From positions 124,001-188,000 of IMG/VR virus record IMGVR_UViG_3300008113_000003: a DNA stretch of 64,000 bases. One strand, given 5' to 3'. Positions 1 to 11,300 of this stretch are shown piece by piece. The position numbers and the translations under genes were made by a program. The notes under the pieces are model-generated. The model was not told the DNA's origin. It was given only the letters and a program-made list of their open reading frames with translations, and did no database searches. The first letter of the stretch is position 1. Each line of letters opens with the position of its first letter.

Positions 1-2061
1 TGTGTTTGGGAAAATACTTCTAGTTTGATCAAACCAAAATAATTTAGATGTATTATAAACAAGACTCTTATTATTAAAATTTAATTCTTTAATTGCGGAT
101 GGATCGGTTGTGTTCCCAATAATATATAAATCATCATACCTATCAAGATTTGACGTTACCATTGGGTTTGTTATATTTAATGTGGTTAGACCGTCATTGT
201 AAACAATTTGATTATATTTTGGTAAAAAGAAGTTGTCGTTGTCCGATATTGAGTTTGGTATTGTGCGCTTTTGTGAGTATTTAAGTGCTGATGTTAAAGC
301 TTTTTGATCTAAAAATTCTGAATAAATTGTATTAATTGAAACATTATTAGGGAGATAATCATAAAAAGTTTTATAATTAAAATTTAAAACACCCAATAAA
401 TCATTATTTATATCATCGTAGTTAGTAAATGAAGATATCGTTAGACCAGTTACATATGGATCAACTAAATCGTTTGACCCAATAATGGTTGACACATTAT
501 TTGTTTTATGGTAGGTATAATTTTTATTTGAAAATAATTCTTTAACACCTATCTCACCACCGCAACTTGGGTAAACGACATATGTACCTTGTTTATCCAA
601 TGATGATAATTTAGAACTTTTTTCTGTGTTAAATTCTTTTGACCATATCGATAATAATAAAAGACCAATTTGTTCATGTTGTTTTTCAGTTGTTGCTGTT
701 AATATATTTGATAAAAAATCTGTTAATTGCAAAAAAACATTTGTTCCATGAGCAATAACTGGCATGAAGGAATTTGGGTCAACATCATATAATGATAACA
801 CCCTAAGAGTTTTATTAGGTCTTCTAGAATCTTTTTCAGCACCATCTGGGTGAAAAAGTAAATGTATTAATAAGGCGGCAAAATCTGATAAAACTACGTT
901 ACCATTTTTTGCGTTTAAATTATTAACAGTACATAAGTCTTTTATTAATGTAAAAAAATAATCTGTTGTAATATAACCGCCAAGATAATTAGCTTTAATT
1001 TTTGACAGCATTAAAAAAAACTCCGTTTTTTTGGGTGATTTTGAAAATACAAAATTAGTGTCAAACGTAATTGTTTTTGTTAATGTATCTAAAGCAGCTT
1101 TTATCCCATTAAGATCGTGTTGGATTGTGGTTCCATAACTATTGTATGAAGCTAAGAAATTAATTTGTGTATCATTGTATGTTTTAAATGTTTTTAGATT
1201 ACCTTTAAAATTACCGATAATATGGTATGGTATACCGTTATCATTTAAATTAGTACCCTCATCTGTTTGTCCATCAAGACCTTCATTAAAGAAAAAATAT
1301 GACATCGCATTCATATAATTATTTAATACACCGTACCCACTAAAAGGTATGTGTGATGCGATATTATTATTTAAAGATATATAGGTATTAAGATTATAAT
1401 CGTAATATTTTTCTCTATAATTTTTACTTATATTAGTTTTACTGAAAGAATCGCTACCATTACTAACCGAATCATCAATATGTCTTGGTGTGATTGGTTT
1501 AACAAAAGGTGCTGTTGCTAATATAAGATTTTTATCGTCATACACATACGAACCATAATGTTTATTTTTTATGATCGGGTCATCAAATAAATCATAACCG
1601 TTTTTTGCTTTTAAACCATTTATTAAATCAAGATCGATTTTAGTGTCTTTTTCATAATCATTATAGTAATAAAAATCATACATACCACCAATATATAATA
1701 TTGTGTGTATCGGTAGTTCAACTAAACCTTGTGTTGTTTTAAACGCTGTTGATAAAAATTTAAGATCTAATGGCCCACCCACGTTAGATGGGCAAGAAAT
1801 ATGTCTTAAAAACATTTGGCTGCTTTTAAAAAATTTACCTGTATTAATTTCTTTTACGATATTTTGTGCAAAAATAGCGTGGTTATTAGGTGTATTAAAA
1901 CCTAAAGTACTACCATCTGCATCATCTCTTTCTTTTTTAAGTGTATCAAAAGTTCCATCAATAGTTTCCCCTGTAACACTACTCATCATAGCGTTTATAT
2001 CAATATCAGTGTTTAACAGATATCTTTTATCTAAAAAATCTTTATTGTTATAAAATGCCAT
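1..2061 (-). CDS. Hypothetical protein, probably virion/baseplate-associated; at least 687 aa, runs off the window start (not in the ORF track)
   Basis: ATG at 2061 (MAFYNNKDFLDKRYLLNTD...), 3 nt after the stop of the 979-aa gene. I read this frame manually to position 1 and found no stop codon. Function is inferred from context only. Confidence 0.8.
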   Translation of the reverse strand, partial: MAFYNNKDFLDKRYLLNTDIDINAMMSSVTGETIDGTFDTLKKERDDADGSTLGFNTPNNHAIFAQNIVKEINTGKFFKSSQMFLRHISCPSNVGGPLDLKFLSTAFKTTQGLVELPIHTILYIGGMYDFYYYNDYEKDTKIDLDLINGLKAKNGYDLFDDPIIKNKHYGSYVYDDKNLILATAPFVKPITPRHIDDSVSNGSDSFSKTNISKNYREKYYDYNLNTYISLNNNIASHIPFSGYGVLNNYMNAMSYFFFNEGLDGQTDEGTNLNDNGIPYHIIGNFKGNLKTFKTYNDTQINFLASYNSYGTTIQHDLNGIKAALDTLTKTITFDTNFVFSKSPKKTEFFLMLSKIKANYLGGYITTDYFFTLIKDLCTVNNLNAKNGNVVLSDFAALLIHLLFHPDGAEKDSRRPNKTLRVLSLYDVDPNSFMPVIAHGTNVFLQLTDFLSNILTATTEKQHEQIGLLLLSIWSKEFNTEKSSKLSSLDKQGTYVVYPSCGGEIGVKELFSNKNYTYHKTNNVSTIIGSNDLVDPYVTGLTISSFTNYDDINNDLLGVLNFNYKTFYDYLPNNVSINTIYSEFLDQKALTSALKYSQKRTIPNSISDNDNFFLPKYNQIVYNDGLTTLNITNPMVTSNLDRYDDLYIIGNTTDPSAIKELNFNNKSLVYNTSKLFWFDQTRSIFPNT

Positions 2062-2064
2062 ATT

Positions 2065-5004
2065 TTATATTATTATTTTACTATATTTAGTCTGAGTTTT
2101 AATTTTATTTTCTGGCATAAGCTGTTTATTAAACACCTCAGTTTTAGCCGATATTGCAAGTGCGTTTGAATTTTCATTATTAGCCGCAACTTTATTGTCA
2201 ATTTTAAAATCTATCGGATAGTCCGTTAAATTAATACCATAAGTATTATTGTGCAAACCATTGCTATTTTTTGTTGTTGGTGTGTAATTTGCCCTAATTT
2301 CAGTTGGTAAATTAAACATTGTTGGGTCATTTCCCTCAATTTGATCATGGGTATCTAAACCATTAAAAAACACAGCGTGTAGTCTATCTGGCTTGTTTGG
2401 GTTTTTTCTACTCTTATACTCTAAAGGATCATAATTATACAACGATTTAAATATCTCTAAATTAGTTGCACTATTGATATAACCTTCTATTTTTTCTTTA
2501 TTAGAATTAATGTCGGCTATTGTGTATTGTACATCCATTAATTTATTCATTTCAACAATGATGTTGTTAATGTTGTTAACCAAACCAATAGAATTATTCG
2601 CACTACCAGCCATTGTTCTGGCAAAAGCATCATAATGTGTTTCTGTTGTACCAGCAGTTGGGGTAATTTTATTTTTTATGTTATTAAAAAAAACACTAAC
2701 ACTTGTTTTATCCGCATTTCTAATTGAATCATCCAGCATTAAAAATTCATGGTTTGTGATCATGTCAACCAATTTTGTGTTTATTTTTTCGGTTGACCCG
2801 AACGAAAAACCACAATATAACATTAGTTTGTCAACAAACTCATAAATTGTTTCGATTGGTGTTTGTTGTGTATCGTAATGGTCAAGGTTGTTTATAACCA
2901 ATAAAGATGATATTAAACCGTTTATCTGATTACTTACTTTAATAGCCGTTTTGTTTCTTATGTTTTCGTTATATATTTGAGACTCGCTACTAGATGTGTC
3001 GATTTGCTTATCACCAATAGCAGTCATTCTCTCTAAAGCACGAAAAATTTCTTCGGTAAACTGAACCTCAAACCAATCTTTTGTCTTACTATTCCCTGGA
3101 TACGTTTTTTTAAAAACATATGTATTACTAGCAGTGTCCAATTCTTTTTGAAAATAATTCGGAAACGGGTAAAATTTTTGTATGTCTGGGTTATTAATGT
3201 CTATTTCATATTCACCAAAAAGTGATTGTATTTTCTGTCTACTGTTACTATCAGCAATTTGTCTAAATGAGTTTAAAGCTGATAAATTTAACAACGTTAA
3301 AAATACTTGCATATTATTCATTAATATTCGAATAACATTGTCGATATTTGGTACAAACCCTATCTTTTCTTGTAATTGAAAGAATAGTTCATCTTCGGTA
3401 ATTGACTCAACCTTTTCAAAGAAAAGAATTAAGTTGGTTGTTATGATTTTATGTACCTCTCTAAAAAATTTATCGCTGAAGTATACCTCTCTAAGGTCAT
3501 CAATGTTTGTTGATGAAACATCGTTAAACAGTATTAAATCATCATTAAAAATAGTTTTTATATTATTAGTATCTATTTTTTGTATATATGAAACCTCATT
3601 TTTAAAACCAGCTGCTGCTGTTAGTTTTAATTTAATTTCATTAATGATACTTTGTTTTAAACTAATATTAGCGCCAGCGGTTGTTGTATAGTCATCCCCA
3701 GAAAATAAATCAATTTTTGTGGAAACTGTATCAGCGTAATCCCTTATTAAACGATACGGGTCAATTTTATTTTGACCAGTTTCGTTGATCATTGTTTCAT
3801 TCTTTAAATTAACCAAACTACCAGTATTTAACCTAGTTATTAAATCATCGTTAAGATAATAATCATTTACTGACCTTTTATTTTGTCTTAATAACTTTTG
3901 CCAAAGTGGTAATTGTTGTTTTAAAGACTCATTAAACTTATCTTCTAATATTGAATACGTCTCTAAAGCAACAGATCTATCATTATTAATTTTTTTAAGC
4001 TCGTCATTATAAGCTAATTCGTTTTTACCCAGAACATTACTAGTTCTAATCATATCTAATATAGATGGGTATTTTGCAAAAAAATGTTTTCTAAACTCAT
4101 TTTTACTTTTTTCGTCTGGGCCGTCTATGACTAGCTTACCATCAACCTTTTTAGTGGTTACACCGTATAAAGCTTCATATTTTTTGTTTTGTTTTTCGTA
4201 TAAACCCTGTAATAATCTTTTACCTAGATAATCGTTGCTACCCGCATCACCTATTCTATACATGTATGGTGCTAAATATGCATACACCATCAAGAAGTTG
4301 TTATATATTGAAAAGGTTCTTGATAAGAATTCAGCTCTGATTATGTAATTACCTGTGGATGAGTCAAACGTTGTTGACGTTTTTGTCATGGATAGTGGGT
4401 ATTCAATACCCTTACCATAATAACCCTTTATTGTTAAACTAAATAACGGGTATGGAAACCTATAAAAAATGTTATATGGGTTTGTTGGGTCATTTCCTCT
4501 CTCAAGCAACGTCCTACCCTGTACATCAACAAATTCTATCTTTATGATAGGTGTCATTGATGCGTTATGTGATATATCGATATTTGTTATACCAAATGTT
4601 TCTGGGTCAAAAAAGTTTTCCTGATCACTGTTAGTGGTAAAAAAATCACTCCAGTCTGTTGTAAAAACACCTTTATTTCTTTTTTTATCAAAGTTTATGG
4701 TACCATCATTGTTTTTTGTGGCTTCTTTTAGTGGGTTCATAAAATTAACCCCTATTTGACCTATCGTTACAACGTTAAAACTAGCATCATCTTGTATAAT
4801 AGCACTATCTGGATTTAAACGGGCGGTAAGATTTGCATACATAACAAGATCTTCCTGTTTAACATACCTAGGTATTATATCATTTTCGCTATTAATAACT
4901 TTATTAGGGTCAACAACAAAAACGCCATTTTTTATGGCGCTATTTGCTTCAACCGACCTTCTACCAAAACTAGATAGTATCTTTTCATCATATTTATTAT
5001 CCAT
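2065..5004 (-). CDS. Large virion protein, possibly baseplate hub-like (979 aa)
   Basis: Long ORF overlapping the gp53-like gene, in the baseplate operon; N-terminal beta-rich segment FGITNIDI...FYRFPYPLFSLTIKGYYGK. The hub assignment rests on context only. Confidence 0.45.
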   Translation of the reverse strand: MDNKYDEKILSSFGRRSVEANSAIKNGVFVVDPNKVINSENDIIPRYVKQEDLVMYANLTARLNPDSAIIQDDASFNVVTIGQIGVNFMNPLKEATKNNDGTINFDKKRNKGVFTTDWSDFFTTNSDQENFFDPETFGITNIDISHNASMTPIIKIEFVDVQGRTLLERGNDPTNPYNIFYRFPYPLFSLTIKGYYGKGIEYPLSMTKTSTTFDSSTGNYIIRAEFLSRTFSIYNNFLMVYAYLAPYMYRIGDAGSNDYLGKRLLQGLYEKQNKKYEALYGVTTKKVDGKLVIDGPDEKSKNEFRKHFFAKYPSILDMIRTSNVLGKNELAYNDELKKINNDRSVALETYSILEDKFNESLKQQLPLWQKLLRQNKRSVNDYYLNDDLITRLNTGSLVNLKNETMINETGQNKIDPYRLIRDYADTVSTKIDLFSGDDYTTTAGANISLKQSIINEIKLKLTAAAGFKNEVSYIQKIDTNNIKTIFNDDLILFNDVSSTNIDDLREVYFSDKFFREVHKIITTNLILFFEKVESITEDELFFQLQEKIGFVPNIDNVIRILMNNMQVFLTLLNLSALNSFRQIADSNSRQKIQSLFGEYEIDINNPDIQKFYPFPNYFQKELDTASNTYVFKKTYPGNSKTKDWFEVQFTEEIFRALERMTAIGDKQIDTSSSESQIYNENIRNKTAIKVSNQINGLISSLLVINNLDHYDTQQTPIETIYEFVDKLMLYCGFSFGSTEKINTKLVDMITNHEFLMLDDSIRNADKTSVSVFFNNIKNKITPTAGTTETHYDAFARTMAGSANNSIGLVNNINNIIVEMNKLMDVQYTIADINSNKEKIEGYINSATNLEIFKSLYNYDPLEYKSRKNPNKPDRLHAVFFNGLDTHDQIEGNDPTMFNLPTEIRANYTPTTKNSNGLHNNTYGINLTDYPIDFKIDNKVAANNENSNALAISAKTEVFNKQLMPENKIKTQTKYSKIII

Positions 5005-5317
5005 AATACGCTACCCTGTTTTTTAATTTAGTCTCATACTCTCTTAATGTATCCTGTAATGGATATGGTACCCTAAGTGTGGTATTATCAGGTATTTCCC
5101 ATTCACTAGACGCTACATCTGGATTGGCCATTAAAATCAACCAACCGTAATATGGTACGGAATAATATTGCTGACTGATTTTATCCAACCTACTTTTACC
5201 TGTATTATATACGGTAAATAAATCGGTCGTTTTTTCAGTTAACTTAATAAACGGTGCGGATATGTGTTTTGAGTCACTATCCAATGTTTTGTATCTGTTA
5301 AAGTATCTAAGTGCCAT
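4997..5317 (-). CDS. Baseplate wedge protein, T4 gp53-like / LysM-like (106 aa)
   Basis: Motif RLDKISQQYY...GWLILMANP...IPDNTTLRVP, small size, and position after the tube-initiator-like giant gene. Confidence 0.6.
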   Translation of the reverse strand: MALRYFNRYKTLDSDSKHISAPFIKLTEKTTDLFTVYNTGKSRLDKISQQYYSVPYYGWLILMANPDVASSEWEIPDNTTLRVPYPLQDTLREYETKLKNRVAYYG

Positions 5318-5325
5318 ATTAATAA

Positions 5326-8300
5326 TTAATTAGAGAGCTCTGGGTAAAGTTCTGGGTAAAGTATTGATAATTGTGTTTGATCATTTTGTTTTATAGACTC
5401 AGCCTCATTTGTCGTACATAAGTTAATAATAGGATCATTCTTGTATTTTGTAAAGAGTTTTAGGTTTTTAACAATAACAGGATCTGGTTTACTTGTTTCT
5501 CTAAATGTTACTAAATAATCCTCTACACCACCTTTAAACAATTTAGCACGCATTTCTGATATACCCAATACTTTGTTTTGATTGTCAACACCAAAAACAT
5601 TTTTATTTATGTTTTTAATCGTATTGTCGTTTATATTTGACATATAACTCAGAACATCACCTAGATCAGCATCGTATTTTTTAACAAAACTCTCAATAAG
5701 TTTAAAGGTATCCTCAATTGATTTTTTTATCTTTTTCTTTTGAGCCTCTACATACGCTTCACTTCTTTTTGGGTCGTTTTTAATACTAGCTGGTGGGTTA
5801 ATACCAGTTTTTTCTATTTTAGCCATGATAGCCTCAATATGTGTTGGTTTATTTATGTATAAGTTATATAAAAACTCAATGAATAAAACCTCATGCATTG
5901 CTGACATTTTTACAGTTTCACCGTATGTTATACCAGTTGTTACACCAGTTGTTATACCACTTGTGGAACCACTAAAACCATTTAATTTAATTTTTTGTTG
6001 GTCTGGTAATGAATTAACATACTCTTCTGTTATGGTATAATCATAAGCCATTAAAGTGTTAAGATTTTTTAATTGCGTATTTAATGTTGTGCCAGTTATA
6101 TTAGGGTTGTTATCATTAAATAGGTAATAATTTATATCCTTTATAAAACTATTTTGTGAATTTGTTTTTTTGTTTACACCGTAATAGAACAAAATATTAG
6201 AAACTGTATCACCTGTTGTTGAACCAGTTGGGTTTAATGTTACACCAGTCAAATTATTAACTTGTAAATCAAATCCATAAGACGGTGTATAAGCTAAATC
6301 AATATCATTGTTTTTGCTCTCAAACTGGTCAGATAACATAACCTCTAAAGTCTTATTACTAAAATCTAAAACTTCATAGTTTATTTTTTCAAACGTATAT
6401 CTCATTTGATAAACACCATCGTTATACACGTTATTAGCTGTATTTGATATACTACCATCATTTGCTCTTGTAACTAAAGAGTATGAAGTTGTTTCTAGTG
6501 ATCTGGCACTATCTGTCGTACCATATTCATATGGGTTAAATGAAAAATTTTCACTTGTTATAGGACCAGTTACTGGTGGTGTTACCTGCCCAAACTTAAA
6601 GGTGTTTGTGGCAGTTGTTCCGTTAGAATCTAGTATATTATTTGTTGGTAAGAAGTTATCAAAATCGTATTGGTTTGGTAAATCATTAAGTGTTGTGTAA
6701 CCAAACACTTTTTTGATGTACTCCATGTTTCTATTGTACTCTTTTATTATATCATCAGATGCGCCATTATCTATGTTATTTTTCATTTGTTTAAAGAAAT
6801 ACAAACCATTACCTAATGAAGCATACTGATTTATCGTGAAACCAGTCGTTGGTGATAGAGAATTTGCGTCATTAATAATATTGTACACATCCGATAAACT
6901 AATTAAATTACCACCGTCTATTGATAATTTTTTGTACTCATCATAAGGGTTATAACCAAACATAGTACTACCAGTTACTGGCGTTTTTAATTTTTTACCA
7001 TTAGGTATTACTTCATATAATTTAGCCCTACCTTCTGAATACGTGGCATCATATCCGTACAATGGTAATGATAAACCAGCTAATACAACTGACATTTTGG
7101 CCACCGAATCATTTAAAGCGTTTATAGTTGTCTCATCATCCGCATCTTTTATAGACATGAATTTTGTATACTCAACATCAAAATAAGACGTAAAATCTTT
7201 AATGTGCTGTGTGTCTAAGTTTTTATAAAAAGATTTAAATGTTTTAAGAGTGTCATCAGGGCTAAACCAAAAAGCTAAAGTGTTTGTAGCGATTTTAGTT
7301 CTAAATTCGTCTTTAAATGAACTTATGATATCTCTATATATTTTTATACCGTTAGTGTCTCTAAAGAAAATACCACCTGTTTCAGATATACCATTAAAAT
7401 TATTAGTATACCCATTTGTAAAACTACCTTGGAAATATTTACTACTTCTACCATTGTTAGTGGCACCAGTTAATGCTGTAAAATTGTAAGGTAAACCTTT
7501 ACCGTCACCAATTTTAAACATGTATTCTTGTGGGTGTAAATTAAGTTTTAACGCCTCAAATTCCTCTGGTTTGTTATTATTCTTAGTTAAGAAAAACGGG
7601 TGTTGTCTAAACACGTCACCAAGTTCAAAATATCTTTTTTCTTCAGCAACGGTATTAAATATTTCTGAGTACGTTAACCCGCTAAGGCTTACGCTAGGGA
7701 TTGTAGTACCAGAGATATTATTAATTATTTCACCTATAGTTGTACCACTAACAGATAGAGGTTTTTTATAGTTTTTATTCTTTAATACATTATCAATAAC
7801 TTTATATTTGGCCGTTGGTGTGTTATTTAAACTTTCTTTTTTACCAACTAAACCACCAAAAGCTGTTATGTATTCACCAAAAGTTGTATACAATGAATCA
7901 AATAAATCATAATATTGTACATCATATCTTTGTATGTAATACCTACCATATTCTTGTCTAAATGCAAACTCACCAAAATTAGAGTGATCTATTGCTGTCC
8001 AAGTTGTTGTATCTGTTGGTAACGTTTTTGTATATACACCATTAACAATAGGGTACTGGCTAGCTTTTCTAACATAATATTGGCCTTGGTATATAACGCA
8101 AGTTTCCGCCTTGTATTCTTTGGTTGGGTCAAATGTTGTTGCTCCAGTTAAATAATGATAGTAAGTACCACCAGCTAATTTTGGTAGTAATCTTTCGCTA
8201 ACAACCCCAATTGTACCATAAGGTATTGGTAAATTTTCGGTTGAGGGTGTTATTAACTCAGCCGCTGCAACTATTGGTATTAAATCCAATGAATTTTCAG

Positions 8301-11300
8301 CAAAGAAATCTTGTTCTAGATTTATTAGATCTCTTTCTCTTCTATCTGTGTTAGCAAAAGTTCTTTCATCATACACATCAGTGTTGGCGTAATAGTTAAA
8401 TGTTAATGCATTTTGTAATTGATCAACATATCTTCTTAAACCTTGCCCACCAATATATTTAAACGACATGTTGACTTTCGCTAACATTGGTTGTACACCA
8501 ATACCTTCTGGGTTTAAATCCCATAATAAAGGATCATAACTAATATTTAAACTATTAACTATGATTTTTGTGTGGTAAAAATCACCAATTCTTAAAACAG
8601 AAACTGGTGGTCTACCAAATGCCGTATTTTTAGCGTCACAACCTGGAACACCAATATCCTTTGTGATTGTATCACCAGGTCTCATACATTGCTGTAAAAA
8701 GGTTAATCTTGCATTTAAACCCTCGGGTGTCATTGCATGAAAAGCTGGACTAAAATATTTTAATTTTTGTTTTAAACTATCAAAAATAATAGGTGATTCC
8801 TCTGATAAATAATCGAAATAATCACACTCAGTTAATAGTTTATTAAGTATTCTTTGCGCTATTTCTCTTTTTGTTACGTTTGTTGTTGGTACCTCTTCTT
8901 CACGATACAATGGTGGCGTTTCAGCTGGTGGTTCTTTTCTTTCTAAAGGTATTTCTTTTGGAATCAAAGTTGCGTTAATTTCAACCCTTCTAGCAAAAGA
9001 CGCTATAGGTGATAAATTACCACAAACAATATCAGCCTCTCTTCTGGAAACTTGTTGGAAAGGTGCCGTATTAACAGCTATACATGTACCAATAAGTTGA
9101 CTATTTATCGGTGAAGTAATTCCAGCTGGTACCGATGGTATAAAATTATTTTTTACTTTATCAAACTCATCATAAGTTTTAACCATATAATAAGTTTTGT
9201 TGTCACCATAACTTATTGGAAAATATTCTATACCAGCAGATGTTTTTAGTGGTCTACCGAATAAAGTTGTATACTCATTTGGTTCTGGGTTTGTCTGAAA
9301 TAAATCATCAAGTGTTTGACCTCTTGAGACAATATCAAAACTGATTTCTTGTTTAGAATTAATATCACCCCTTAAGATAACAATTTTTTTAGATTTTTCT
9401 AAGTCACCGTGTAGTTTATTAACATCCGCTTCAGTTAATATAGGTTCACCATTTATTGTATAACATTTAACGTCATCATCAGACATGACATCAAGTATTA
9501 ACCATTTTGTAACCGAAACAAATCTTCTTGATGCTAATTTATCATTATATCTTTGTAATTCCGCTAAGTTTTGACCAGGAGCTGATGGTGATGCGTGTGC
9601 AACCATACTAAATCTTAAGTTATAGTCTTTAGTGCTTGCATAATTTTTCGCTGAATAAGCTTTTGCAATGTTTAAATACTGTTCCTCATAACCATAAGAT
9701 TTTCCAGGATAAGTTTTTCTATCCGTAGTAAAAAAGTGTTGGTGTTCTTTTGCCGCATTTGTACCTATTGTGTAATCGTATCTAATCCAAGCCAATCTTT
9801 CTGATGGGTCTAAGTTAGAACCACCGCCAACAGCAACTTCTTTAAACTCAGAGTTTTGATCGAGTTTTTGTCCTCTAGCTAAATTTTGATAGATATCATA
9901 ATAATCAGAATATTTGTCAACGACAAAATTCGCTTGATTTTTATACGAATTTTTTTGTATAGGGATGTCATTCTCAAAAAATAAGTTAAATTGTGTTATC
10001 TTTTGGGTTTCTAATTTCGGGGTTTCTATCGTAATACCTTCTTGTTTAAAGCTACCTGATGATTCAACTTTGGTTCTTATTTTTTCATTTGGTAATCTAA
10101 TATCCAAATCAGATATAACCTTTTTAAAATACTCAATATCACTATCACTAAACACACCCCATATTCTAGCTAATTCAAAAATATCGTAATCTAAACAACC
10201 TGCCCAGAAAGCTGCTAATAATTCATCAACTTCACCATCTGTTAATTGAGCAAATTCTTTATCTACTAATAAGTTCATTATTGTTGGGTGATCGACAACT
10301 ATATCCCATGACAATGTGCCAGATCTTTCTGTGTTGTTGTAGGTATAAATTGGTTCTGGTCTACCTAAAAATTGGTGTGTTGTCCAGTTTGTTGTTGTAT
10401 CATCTGTGAATCTAATATTGTATGGCGGGAACCACATTATTCTACCACCATTAGCACCCTTTTCACAAGGTGGTAATTCATTAAATTGAGATGAATCTCT
10501 CCAAGCTAAATTCTCAATGGAGAACATATATTTTCTGGCCCTTTTCTCACCAAAAGCCTCAACAACAGCGTCTCCAAGACCATCACCTAACCTACCGTAA
10601 CCTTCGTTAACGTTAAGCGCTGATGGGTGTATATTTAAGTTTCCGTATCTATCCAATACAGAATTTCTTTCTTTTCTATTTAACTCTTTCCATCTAATAA
10701 GATCCGTTATCTTTGAAAATGGTTTTGCTTTTGTCCAGGCTCTACAAAGAGTAACCTCATTGTACATTCTTTCGTCATCTCTTTTACCAGCTGTATCTAA
10801 ACCAGGTACTAAATAAGTGTACCCGATAACCTCATCTTTTTTATTTTTTCTTGGTGTTTTAAACGGTGTAATAACCCCAGAGCTTTTTGGGGAAAAATGA
10901 TAACCATCGGTAAATTTAGTTTTAGTTTGGTCAATAGATCTTATTGCACGATTACTTGTACCAGATTTCAATAATTGTTGTGTAACCCCCATTATTGAGC
11001 AATCTCTAAATCTACCAGTTGAGGTTGGGTCATTTGGATCCCCGCCCATTGTTCTGGATAATATATCATCGTCAAGTTTACCTAAAGAATCCCATTTAAG
11101 TACACCATTTTTACCGTCTTCTATTGTCCAACGTTGTTCATCAGTGCTACCTCTCCAAATAAATGATGTTTGTATTGATCCGTATTTAGAAACATTTTCA
11201 ACACCTGGTTCTACATAATAATCAGGAACACCATCGTTTATTCTAATAGACCTTGTTAATTCACTATTACTCTTAACTTGTAAACCGTTATTATCTTGTA

